NCBI GenBank assembly: GCA_051294375.1
Contig: CM119265.1
Location: 12,327,866-12,391,865 of the forward strand
Direction: 5' to 3'
Source: Paraspadella gotoi
Lineage: Eukaryota > Animalia > Chaetognatha
Length of the DNA stretch: 64,000 nucleotides
In this document: positions 12,931-25,025 of the stretch, in pieces
Numbering within the stretch: position 1 is the first letter of the stretch
Layout of the letters: the number at the start of each line of letters is the position of its first letter
Made by a program: the position numbers and the translations under genes
Notes under the pieces: generated by a model
Database searches by the model: none
Seen by the model: only the letters and a program-made list of their open reading frames with translations
What the model was told of the DNA's origin: nothing

Positions 12931-15850
12931 ATGAGTACCTTTGGGAAGTCGAAACGTTTTGAGGACAATGCTACGCCAACCCCGGCGCCTGGATCTTATA
13001 ATCCCAAGCCTCTTGATAAGGCCCCGGCGGCATCGATTTTGGGACGACGCCGGGAGAGCAATAAAGAAAATGGACCTCCCGTCGGCCACTACCTCAAGAT
13101 GGAGCCGAAATTTGATCGACCTTCGGTGAGCGATTCGAAGGTTTTGAAGCCGCGCCACAACCGTATGTCAAAATCTTCGTCTTCCCTAAATTCCGTCCCC
13201 AGCACTTCGAGCGGTAAAGAGCGAGATTTGTCTCATAAAGTTTAGGGGCTGTTCCCTTAAGGTTTTTATACAGTGCAATATTTTTACATATTTTATAATT
13301 TTTAAAAAATTTTTAGCTAATTAAATAGTTTTTAATGTTACATAATGTGAAAATTTACCTAAAAACAAACCCGACGACCCCCTCCCAAAAAAAACCCACC
13401 AAAACTGTGCCTCGCGTCCGCAATGAAAATTCCTAAGCCGATTCTAAATTTTCATAGAAGTATCTCAACCAAATCTTTGATTTTTTCAGAAAATCCTATG
13501 TCTCCCCTATCTGATTGTGTATTCCAACGGAGAGAAGTACTGGCGCGCGACCACGAGGTGATGAAGCAACTGACCGATGAACGAGAAGAACGCATCCTAC
13601 AGCTCGAGTCGTCGTTAGAAGTTGCCAATATGATTCTCAAAGAAAAGATGCTAGAAATTGAGGAACTAGGACAAGAGATAAACGTTAAAAATAAAGAGGC
13701 GACGAGCTCAATCGATCGCCTTTGCCAATTGGAGACCGAACGAACGGATATGTTACGCCAAACAGAAGCGGACACCAAACTGCGGGTTGAAGCCGAAGAG
13801 GATTCCAAACGACTAAAAGTGGAGATGGAACAAATCCTGGAGCGTCATAGGGCATCTCTTGCGGAATTAGAAAAGGAAAACGACGCCGCATTACAAAGTC
13901 GAGATGAAGCTCTTCGGCAGTTGCAGATAAAAAAAGAAGAAGCGCTCGAAACCTTAAAAGTAAAGGAAAAGCGATTGGCAGATTACGAGGAGAAAAAAAT
14001 AGAAATGGAAAAAGCTGTGGAAGAAAAGATTAAAGAGTTACGTCGCGCATGTGCCTCGACCGAGTCCAAGTTGCTGTCGCGGATAAGCGAATTACAAGCG
14101 GAAAACCAAAGCGTTCAGGCGCAAGCGACCGATTTACGCGAAAAGCTGATTAAAGTCGAGCGGCAAAAGTCTCTCGCTGATGAGACTCTCGTGGATGTGA
14201 CGCGCGCTTCTCGCGAAGTTTTATCAAAACTACAGTCCGAGTTCGAGGGTGCGACTAAACGACATGAAGCGGACCTCAAGGAGGCGCTGGATCGAAACTC
14301 TCTCCTAAGAGAAGAGTGCCTCTCGGAAAGGCAGCAAAAATCTCTCTTATGCGATCAAATGGCCAAGCAGCAGGAGGAAATCGAAGCTCAGGAAGTTAAA
14401 TACGTGCTGGCCGAGGTCGCTCACGAAGAGATTCTCGAAGCTAAACAGACGCAGTACAACAGAGTCTTGGAGCAGGTTCGATCTAAGCTGGAAGAATCGC
14501 AGAAAAACGCCGAAATTCGTGTACAGAGCCTAACCTCGGACATCGAGAGCCTCAAAGGGGAGATTATCGATAAGAGACAGATCCATAAAGAAAATACCAA
14601 TGAGTTGCTCGAAAGGATAACCGAGCTGAATGAAGAAATAAACGGGCTTCGCAGCGAGGCTCAAGAAAAGGAGGAAACGATGAAAAGAGTTCATAAAGAA
14701 GACGTATTGAAGCTTCAAGATTTAAGCACCATTTTGGAAATTGCTAGAAAAGATCACTCAATCAACGAAAAATCTCTTAGGGCAGAGAATCAAAGCTTGA
14801 GGGATAAAATTAATGAATGTGAGAAAAAAAATCGTGACATAGAGAGCAGTCTGGAACGTAAGAGAAAACAAGTCGCGGAGCTGTGGCAGGCACAGGAAAC
14901 TCTGAAAAACCTCTTACCTAAGGTCGAGGACAAACAGGAGGTAAGATTGTTCCCAAATTAATTGATCCTTTCCTTTTATTTCGGGTAAAAAAGAAAAAAA
15001 TAAGGAATAAATTTATAACGAAAATAAATTGCAATAAGTGCTTTAACAATTTAGTTCTAAATTAAGATAGTTGTAATTCACGTAAATTCGAGACATCAAG
15101 GTCAGAAGATGATATGAACTGAATTAAGATAAAATTAAGATAAGTAGATACTCTATTATGTCGAAAACTGCGAGAATTATAATTTCGAGAGCCATTGTTC
15201 TCTGTACTTCATTAATTTTTTTTTGGCAGCTTCTTCAACAAAAAGCGGAATTGGAACGAGAGGTTTTCCAGCTTCGGATAGACTTAACAAAGAAAGAGAG
15301 CGATGTACTGAATGCTTATCAGGAGGTGACCGAAAACCAAGATGAACTAGAGAAAAAGGATCGTCAACTTAAATTAGTCAAGGATGAGCTTGCTTTGGCT
15401 AAGAAAGAACTCAAAGATGATACTTCGGAAAAGGATCAGCTCCGGTACATATATAAGTAACGTACACCTTAATTACTTGAATCATTTTAGATACAAATGT
15501 AGCAATTGTAAGAATATTGATTCTTTTGCTCTTTCTTCAGATCTGAGACTAACAAGTGGAAGAATCAGGTCGACGACTTGACTCAACTGATTGGACCGTT
15601 CAAAGATCAGCTGGAGCAATATGGGTTAGAGAGAATTGCTCTGGAGGACCGTAATAAGAACACAGAGAAGGAATTGGGGCGTTTAGCGGATGACTATGCT
15701 CGCCACATGGGACATCAAAATCACAAACAAAAGATTCATCATCTTATTACGATCAAAGAGGATAAAATTAGGTTGATGCAGAAGAATCAGGAGCTGGAAT
15801 TGGAACTTAAAAAAGTTAAAGCCGCTCTTGCAAAGTTCTCGAAAAAATGA
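12931..15850 (+). CDS. HMMR: Hyaluronan-mediated motility receptor (RHAMM) homolog
   Basis: N-terminal KRFEDNATPTPAPGSYNPK, long coiled coil (13.5-15.5 kb), C-terminal PFKDQLEQY...YARHMGHQNHKQKIHHLITIKEDK motif. Confidence 0.85.
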
Positions 15851-16620
15851 TTGTTTTTTTTTATACTATCTCGCTTTTTTGTTTCCCGTTATTCGAATTT
15901 ACTCTGAAGAATACTATGTATCTTTCGAACATTTTTTTGTTATTTTATCCGGTGTTTTTTTTTAGATTGACGCATGTCATATGCGATACTGTGGACAGAG
16001 AAGCATCCAATATGGAACGAAGAAACATTCTCAGCGTTCAAAAACTCAAATTTGGTACTTTTCGGACCGTCGGATAGCAGATCCTCTTCCTATCCCACCC
16101 ACTTCGCTCTTTCGACCGCACGACTCGTCATAGATCAATATGACGTCAGAAATCGATGAGGGCGAAGCCCGTTTCGGAATTCGATAATCATCGGAGAAGA
16201 AAGCGTCGAAACGTCGCGCATTCAGAAAGCAACAAAATATTCGTTTACAAATTAAAAAAGAAATAAAAAAGATTTCCTAAAGATGTAGCGGTTAAATTCT
16301 TATAAATACAAAAAAATCGTCCCATTACCGTTTTTTCAACTGGATCGTGAAACGCCCCAGCCGTGGAAGCTGAATAGAAATGATGAAGAAGTTGAAACGA
16401 AAAGTTGATATTTTTGGAATGCAATCAAAGGCTTAAGATTTACAAAGATATTGCCTCTCGAGGATTGCTTGTGGGAGGCAGAAGCCAAGAGTAACAAGAA
16501 ATCTCCAATCGACGAAGGATGTATTTGGTTCGCTTGTTCCCACGAGTTTACTTCGGTGCTTTATAATTATATATTTTCTGGTTTTTTTTGTTATTTACAT
16601 TACTTGGATGCAATACCAAC

Positions 16621-17804
16621 ATGGGTGATCCCATCACAAGGCGGCATAATCAGGTGCGAGCTTATTATGGTAAAGGCAAGTAGGCTTCCGTCATTAAACC
16701 TCTTTTTCTAACTACGCAGATGTCGCGTATGCGTCAACGGCTGAAGAAGAAAAGAGAAGCGCTGGCTGATTTTTTCGATTACAAGCTTTATATCGCCTTC
16801 GTATTCAAAGATAAAAAGAAGGGTTCGGCGTTATTCGAGGCCGCTGAAGTTGTCCCTGTCATGACCAATAACTACGAGGACAAGATCATGCAGGTTTTTT
16901 CATTAACTCCCCCCCCCCCATTTAACCACCGCTTTTCATGCCTTTTTCTTCTTTCCCCCCAAGGGCGTAAAGAAAGATATTTATTCCTACGAATCGTCGC
17001 GGGAGTTGTTAGACCAAGACGTGGTACAGCTGCATGTGCCGCGTTATGTTTCCATGCGCAAGGACCTCGTCGGATGCACGCAGGACATGGACTTTTTCCT
17101 TTGGCCGCGGGGCGACATTCTCTGCGTGAGATGCTTCGTGTTTTCCCGCTGGAAAGATCAAATCGAGGAGCCCTTTCGTTTGATTCAGGTTTTGTTCGCT
17201 TTGTTTGTTTTGTCTCGTTTAGAAAAATAAAGCTTAACCTACTATTTGTAATTTTCATGCTTTACTTCTAAAAAATATTTTTAAAAGATTTTAGTACATG
17301 TTACATTTTCTGTTCGTATTTTCAGGCGGATTTTATGTTCTTTTCGTCCGACTACGAGTTTCATTTGAAACGCCTGACCTTGCCAAGAGACGAGACATGG
17401 GCGCGAGATGAAGAGGAAGCTCCAGGAGGAAGTTTCGAGGTCAAAGATAAAGCAGACGGGCCGATAGGAGGAAGGGATTGTGCCCATGGCCCGAAAGAGC
17501 GTCGCAGCCGTGCTTGCGAGGCTATCACGAGTTCTTCTGGTCCGTTTTGCTCTAATTATTTAATAGAAAATATTTGTTTAAATTTATCGTTTTCTCTTCA
17601 GAGGCGAATCGTCGCGGGGGGAAGGAAATTATTCTCAACAATCCCGAACAAAGTCTCTTCCTCTTTGTTCGAAGACAGCGTCTCGACGCTGTCAAGCCGC
17701 CCATCGTCAAGCTTAATGGCATCTGCTTGCACCTGCCTCAAGACCAACTTATGTCGTGGGGAATGGGTAGCGTCGACGAAGTCCTCCGACCGTTCATGAC
17801 CTGA
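16621..17804 (+). CDS. C6orf62: C6orf62 homolog (uncharacterised conserved protein)
   Basis: Five exons: [100 protein letters not shown]. Confidence 0.9.
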
Positions 17805-18295
17805 TTGCACGCGATGAAGTCCGATAACTGATTAATCATTAGAGATTGGATTGTTCGAAATCGGCTTCTCAAGTTTTTTTTATTTGTTTGTTTTTTTTTT
17901 TTTTGTGACTGATTTTATATTTTGGTCTTTTTCTCTCTAGGGAATCGTGAGGTTAGATTGGCTAGAAAAGCTTTCATGCCCGTGGTTCGATGGTTTCGCA
18001 AGAGATCTCGATTACATATAAAACAGCTTTATTGCGCCTGTCAATGTAAATATCATTAGTAACTTCCCTTCCCTCCTTTTTTGCCCCTTTACCCTGGGTT
18101 TCAGTTTTTCTTTTTCCTAATTTTGGAACGTGATCGATTTTCAATCTAATATCCGTTTTTTGTAAGATTGTCGAAATTGTGTTAATTTAGCTTTTTTTTC
18201 ATTAATTTTAATTTTTGTTTCAGATTGTTCAGTGTTCACGTTGATAGCCATCTAGTTTACGTTAATTGTAAAAATTGAACCAAAGACAAACTATT

Positions 18296-21200
18296 ATGTC
18301 GTCCCAATACGAACAGTACGTGCGGACATCCGTTCAGCGATACATAGATCCTGATAAGACAACTCGGGATGTTTGCGGAATATTCGCTTCCTTCAACGAC
18401 TTGCGACCAAAACTTGAACCGTACGTCTTCAATGACGGATCCCGAAAAGAGCTTCTCTGCCTAGAAGGTACTGTGCCCGTCCTTTACAAGGGCACCCAAT
18501 ACAACATACCCGTCCAAATTTGGCTGATGGACACGCATCCACAGTACCCGCCTCTGTGCTTTGTCAAGCCCACTCCTACTATGCAAATCAGGTTTTTTTT
18601 TTGTTTGTTTTTTTTAATATTTTAGGAACATTCCCATAACTCTCACCATTTTTTGTGTCACTGTGACTATCTCTGATTGTTCTATTTTATAAGACCCAAT
18701 CGTCACGTGGACGCCAACGGGAGAGTCTATCTTCCATATTTACACGAATGGAATCATCCGTCGTCGGATTTGATCGGACTTATCCAAATCATGTGTCTAG
18801 TTTTTGGCGAAGAGCCCCCAGTTTATTCAAGAGTTAGTAATAAGTATTTTAAAGTTTTATTTTTTCTCGACATTGTCAAAAATTGCTTTGATTTTTTTAT
18901 CCAGCGCGCCAACGCCTACAATCAGCCCCAACCGACCACGCAGCCCCAGCAGCCACCGCCGTACATGCCAATGCCGTCGGCTAACGCAGGCCCACTACCC
19001 GGTGGCGGGGGTGCCGCTGCCGCAACGGCTACTCCTCCTTACCCGACCCACTACCAGGCAGGAGGAGCAAATCCCTACCCCGGCTATCCCCAATACCCTC
19101 AATATTACGGGGGATATCCAGGCGCGACTCAGCAACCTAACGCAGCCGCGACACCAGCTTATCCACCGGCTTATCCGCCGATCAGCACCGCCAATGTCGG
19201 TCAGTCGCGAGCCTCACCGGCCGGAAGGCAAGACTCTGGCAACGATGATATCATGAAGGCATCGCTCCTCTCTGCCGTTGAAGAAAAGATGAAGCGAAGG
19301 TGAAACAAAAAATAACGGTATCAGAAACGACAGACTGGGTTGGCAAAAAACCCTGGTTTTTTGGTTTTTTTGGTTTTTTTTTGGGTTTTATTGGGTTTTT
19401 TTGGTTTTTTTTAAATTATAGATAGCAGACTGTCATATTAATTCCTTTTAAGATACAAATTTAAAATATTTATACTTCTTAAGTGATTACTGATAAAATA
19501 TATGAAAAATATACTGATTATATTTAATAATAGTATTAATTAATTGATATTTTTTATGGTAAACAGAAATGTAATAAATATAAATATTATATTTTCTGAA
19601 TAAAACCTGTTATGAAAAAAGTGTATTAACTTAATTTTATAAGAAAATAATAATAAATACTCAAAAAAATTTGATTTTAATATGCATTATAAACATTTAA
19701 ATAAATTACTAATACATTAAAATCGAAGTAATTAATAAGGCGTAGTGAAAGTTACATACGAAAATTCTAAAAGTCAATTATGAACAACATACCATCAGTG
19801 AACATTAATTTGTAAAAAAAATTCTATCATGTTGTTCTTCCCCACCAACAAAGTGAGCATCTGCTCTGCAAACGCGACATCTCCCGAGAGAAAAACGAAG
19901 AGGAAACCTCCTCTTCCCCGCCTTCTCTTCCCCCTCCCGTACGCTACCTCAGTACGCCGACACGAGACAGAATCACTTCTTCTGTTCGCGCTTTTGCGCT
20001 CACAGTCTCCCGTTTTTTTCGAAAATATTTTTGATTATTTTGTTGAATAATTCTGCATAATTTTTTCGTTTCTCTTTTTTTGGAGTTCAGAATACAGATA
20101 TTCTTCAACACGTGGCGGTTTGAAGTTTTCTCTTCGCGACCGCCATCTCTTTCGTCTTCGTTGTGCGTGGGCTTCGGAGGGAAGAGCCTTGACTCGGCCC
20201 TTTCGCTTGCCCTCACGCACCCTGCGCGGCTGCGGAGGGAAGAGCTGTGACTCGGCCCTCTCGTTTGCCCAGTGCGCATAGTACGGCTGCAGGGGGAAGA
20301 ACTATGTTTTCGGCCCCTTGTTTGTCCAGTGCTCTCCGTTTTTTGGACTGAGCGGCCGTGTTTTTCAACTCGACTACCCTCATGTCTCTTCCGCGCTCCA
20401 CCGCCTCCACCATCAGCCATTCCGGGCTTTTCTGGTCAGGCCGAAGTCATGCCCTTTCAGATGGAGGCAGTTCTTTCTCCAAATTAGCAAGCTCTCTCTA
20501 GCGTTCGTCGCAAATTTAAGGAGTTTCGCCCTCGTCTCGTTCCGAGTTGGAGAGTCTTCGGCGGTGAGTTCTTCTCTCTTTTCGTTTTTGTTTTTTGCCT
20601 TTTTTGGCGTACATTCGGCGTACAGAGGGGTTTTCCTCCTGTGCCCCACCTAACTCGACTTTTTTTTTTTTGTCGGGCCTTCGCCTGGTCTTGTTACAGG
20701 CTCACTTTGTTGGTGGGGAAGAACAACATGATAGAATTTATGGTTCCAAATGGAACCGGGATTCTTTCATGGTTCTTCCCCACCAACAACCACCCACCGT
20801 CCACCCCTGGCACCACCGGTGGTGGAGGGCGGCTCAGGCTCGCTTGTCTTGTTTGGTGGGTGTTTTTTGGGGTTTCTTTTTTGAGACTGTCATTTTTCAA
20901 TGATTTCTCTTTTTTCCATGTACGTTTTCTTCATGGTTCTTGGACGCCTCTCGCATTTCGCCGTTCGTCGGTCTCTCGTTGTACGCCAGCGACTTGGAGT
21001 CTTCGCGTTCTTTGGTGGCCTCTTCGGCGGCGGATCGGCTTTCACGCTCTGAGAGGGTGACTGTGTCACGCCTTCCTTCTCGAGCCCCATCTGCGCGAGT
21101 CGACGGACACGCCTCCGTTTCCGGATCAGAGGAGGGTTCCTCCTCTGAAGAGTCTGCTGAGGGGTTTGACAATTTCTTGTCTCGTCGTGCTTCTGTACAG

Positions 21201-23421
21201 CCTTCGGAGTGGGTCCTTCAGCATTGGAGGTTCTTGCGCAGAGTTGGCCAGGACGACGTTCTTTTCTCGTGTGGGACATGCTTTCCGCCAAGACGCGTTC
21301 CGGCGCTGGTCGGATGTCTCTTCCCGGCGGATTTTTCTCCTCCTGCTCGAGAGTTGCCTTGCCGCTCAGTTCGACGCCGTTCGGAAGGACTCCAAGACGA
21401 CGCGCGCTTTCAAGGCTTTTGAGCGCATCATGAGAGACGCCGGAGCGTCCGCTCATGCTGTCCTTTCTGTCGCTGACGCTCTCCGCCTCATGGTTGAGGC
21501 CCTGCTCGGGCCCTCTCCGAGTCTCGGCGCTTTGTTGTCGGACGCTGCCCCTTCGGATTTCAAGACAGTTCTGTCCAGTTCTCGCCCTCCACGTCGTTCT
21601 TTTTCGGAGACCGCTCCACAGACGTCACTCAAGCGTTCCATTCTTCGCTTCTCCGCTCCGGGGCGCCACACTATTGCGCCTGTTCTGTTAGCCGCAACGT
21701 GGGGTGGCAGTCCGCGTAGTCCCGCTCGCCGTCCCTACCGGCCTCGCAAGTCTTCGCCGCCTCCCAAGCGTAGGGGCGGGGCTCCAGGGACGTCAAGGAC
21801 GCCAACTGATCGCTCGACAGCTCTTTCGGCCGTTGCTTCGTCGGCCCTCAGTTTCTCCAGACCCGGTTTTCGTCCATGGACTGGTTTTTTTGCGGTTTCT
21901 CATCCCCCCCTTCTACGACGTCCGGTCAAGTGGGCGTTGCGCTTCACCGGAAGTCTTCGCGGGATTCCCCCCTCTTGGTTTGCTTGGTTACGAGTGATTC
22001 TGTCTCGTGTCGGCGTACTGAGGTAGCGTACGGGAGGGGGAAGAGAAGGCGGGGAAGAGGTTTCCTCTTCGTTTTTCTCTCGGGAGATGTCGCGTTTGCA
22101 GAGCAGATGCTCACTTTGTTGGTGGGGAAGAACCATGAGAATCCCGGTTCCATTTGGAACTATAAATTAATTTCATGTTTTTTAATTTTCGCAGTAGGCT
22201 ATATTTATATATAGTACTATCCTTATAAAATCGAAAAATTTCAAAATAGGCTTTTCTTAATTTTGATTGCAGATTTGAATTCCTCGTCAAAAGTTGATAA
22301 AAGAAAATATAAATCATTTAAAAAAATTCTTTCATTAAGTGGGTAAAAATTAAAAAAACTATATTTAATATATAAAAAAATAATTTTCAGCTTAAAATAT
22401 AGCTTTTTCTAATTTTTGACCCACTTAATGAAGGAAATTTTCAAAAAGAGTTATATTTCTTTTTATCAACTTTTTATGATGAATCCAAATCTGCAAAAAA
22501 ATCTTAGAAAAAACTGTTTTGAAATTTTAACATTTATTGGTTTAGTACTAGTATAAATATGGCCTACTGCGTAAATTGTAAAATTTATTATAAATTTTTT
22601 TATTACATAAATGTTCATATATCATTGTTGTTCGTTCCTCACTTTTAGAATTTTAATTAAGTTAAAATTTAGAAATTTTACTACGCCTTAGTAATTAAGT
22701 AATTTTAAAAAAACCCAAAAAACCCACTTTTTAGTGGGTTTTTTTGGGTTTTTTTAGCTGGGTTTTTTTTGTTTTTTTTTGGGTGGGTTTTTTAATGCCA
22801 ACCCTGCTACTTGTTAAAAATAAAAAAATTTAAAAAATATCATTTCTAGGTTAAAAGAGGTTTATGCGCAAGCACAGGCTGAATTAGACGTGCTGAGAAA
22901 GACTCAAGAAGATTTAAACAATGGCAAAGGAAAGATCGAGGAAATGGTGACCAAGTTAGAGAGAGAGATCGTTGACGTTCAGACCAACATCGATCAACTG
23001 AAAAACAAGGAAGAGGACATCGACGAGGCCCTCGGCAAGCTGGACGAGCAGGTAGTAAAGACTTATAAGTTCCGCCGAATTCGAAGACTAGACGTTTTTG
23101 GATTTGAAAGATCAAATAAAATGTATACGATTTGAAAATCAAAATTTAATTTGATTTCATTCTACGCAGGAGAACCTCTCCATCGACGACGCTGTCATTC
23201 CTACGGCACCATTATATCGTCAACTTTTTAACGCCTTTGCGGAGGAAAACGCGACTGAGGACGCTATCTATTACGTCGGCGAAGGCCTTCGCCGCGGGGT
23301 AATCGATTTGGACGTATTCATCAAACAAGTGCGTAGCCTTTCGCGCGAACAATTCATGCTCAGGGCTCTCATGCAAAAGTGCCGACAGAAAGCGGGACTC
23401 GACTCCGCGAAAGACATTTAA
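18296..23421 (+). CDS. TSG101: Tumor susceptibility gene 101 (ESCRT-I)
   Basis: UEV domain (LEGTVPVLYKGTQYNIPVQIWL, HVDANGRVYLPYLHEW), Pro-rich region, coiled coil, steadiness box (AEENATEDAIYY...FIKQVRSLSREQFMLRALM). Large intron 19300-22849. Confidence 0.96.
19736..22690. mobile_element. Foldback MITE (~610 bp without its insert) with an 8-bp TSD
   Basis: TSD GTAATTAA at 19728-19735 and 22691-22698; TIR TAAGGCGTAGT / ACTACGCCTTA; imperfect palindrome throughout (e.g. CGCAGTAGGCTATATTTATA / TATAAATATGGCCTACTGCG, CATTAAGTGGGT / ACCCACTTAATG). Confidence 0.8.
19819..22168 (+). mobile_element. DIRS1-like retrotransposon, internally deleted
   Basis: ~143-bp inverted terminal repeats at 19834-19977 and 21993-22133; ICR at 20700-20789 complementary to both outer ends; AAATT at both termini; degenerate gag-like ORFs at ~20940-21800; no intact RT or YR. 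Confidence 0.8.
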
Positions 23422-23928
23422 CGCATTTCTAGATGTTTTGATGACGAACTTGTATAAATCTTTATTTTACAACATAGATTATCTACCGCTTTACTGCAAG
23501 ATTGTTCAAGTCAACCGGATATTCTGGTCTCATCCGCTGTGAGAATAGAGAAAAAGCGCCTTCGTAATTGTATTTTTTAACCCGATTTAGATTTTTGAAA
23601 TTTGTAAAAAAATTCATGTTTTTGTTAAGTTAAGAATGAAGTACGCGCAGTAGGCACGTAGATGAGGCACTTTTACTGTATTGAACTAAGAAAACTTTAA
23701 TGCTAATTATATTAGTGAATTTATAGCTCCTTGTGCAACCTACTACTAAACTTTCTTACAGCCGGCACATCATCAAGATCAGACCGCTTTTATTCTGCTA
23801 GTCATGTAACTTTTGGGAATGTATTGTCGCCAAGGATTTTAATATTGATTAAAAAACGTTTGGTTTATTGCATCTAAAACTGATTTTGTATTGGTAATTT
23901 AATTATTCAGTGGGTGATTATGTTTTTT

Positions 23929-25000
23929 ATCGTCGCAATCGCTTGCGTTTGTGTTTGTTCCGATTGTCCCAATATATGGCGTCGTCGTCGTCGTTGGTGG
24001 CATTCCCAATTATAGATCGCTTTTTTATATATCATTTGAAATTGTATGAGTTGAAAAATTAGATATATATTCTTATCATCCAAGGTTAATGAGGTTAATG
24101 TTGTTTGTATACCTTTTATATAAACAATAATTATTTTATGTATCTTTTTTATTATTATTATTATAATAATATATTATTTCTCAGTCTTTTTTTTCATTTT
24201 TTGTTCTTTCAGCTTTTTTATTTTTAATTTTTTTTTTAATTTCTATTACTTTCCTTCTAATCATTGTATCTTAATTTTTGTTAAAGCTCTAGCTATGTCT
24301 CTCTATCTTGCTTTTTTGTCTGTTTGTCCATCTGTTATTAGATACAGAAGGCTTATCCTGAACAGTTGCAGAAATGTTTGTCCAGAAAAGTAAATCTATT
24401 CTTGTGAAAAACCAATTTTTGCTCTATTTTCAGGAACATAAACATAGGAGGTTCATGCACGCTTTCGTTAGGGGAGCAAAAATTAGATCTAAAATGATGG
24501 ACTAACAAAGTTCAAAAGAAAAAAAATCAATTTAAATTTGTAAAAATTCGTTTTAAAATTGTTTTTCTACAAAGTTAAGACATTAATTAAAATGATCCTA
24601 CTAAAAAAATTTACCTTTTTTTAAAAAAAAAATTCCTTTTTTCCCTTCTGGGGTAACACCCCCCCATGGCCCTGTATCATAGCTCAGTGGTAAAAAATTG
24701 AAAATCCCTTCAATAGTCCCATTTGTACGGCCATTAGGATACTACGAAAAATCGTATCAAATTTGGTTTAGTAATTTGTTCAGAACCGATACTCGGTTCG
24801 AAAAAGCATTTTCAAATATGAAGCCTTCTGTATTCATTTTTTTTTTTCTTTTTTTTTTTAATTCTAAGCTAATGTTATTTTTTATGTATTAAGCCAAGTT
24901 TGTTATATTATAAAACTTAGTTTCTTGTATCCAATTTGATTTTTGGAATATCAAATTTTGTTATGGTAGAGCCAAACTTCGTCAATGGGGTGGGTCAGAA
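23929..25000 (+). mobile_element. HINE-like family 1 element, 5' part (cut by the assembly gap)
   Basis: Starts ATCGTCGCAATCGC after a T-run, then GGCGTCGTCGTCGT and ATAGATCGCTTTT as in the other copies. Confidence 0.65.
24345..24830. mobile_element. TA-flanked MITE (Tc1/mariner-like), repeated in the duplicate at ~28392-28874
   Basis: TA-CAGAAGGCTT ... AAGCCTTCTG-TA; termini resemble those of the MITE at 37489-38288. Confidence 0.6.
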
Positions 25001-25025
25001 NNNNNNNNNNNNNNNNNNNNNNNNN
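25001..25025. other. Assembly gap (25 N)
   Basis: Run of n characters. Confidence 1.

Larger units (their letters stand above)
19335..22806. mobile_element. Outer non-autonomous TIR element in the TSG101 intron
   Basis: 11-bp TIR CTGGGTTGGCA / TGCCAACCCTG (10/11 match) with GGTTTTTT sub-terminal arrays at both ends. The same end motif recurs at ~58063. No TSD found. Confidence 0.55.

Noticed and set aside
24678-24695. TAGCTCAGTGGTA, tRNA A-box-like
   Set aside because: No cloverleaf or correctly spaced B box; lies inside a MITE.
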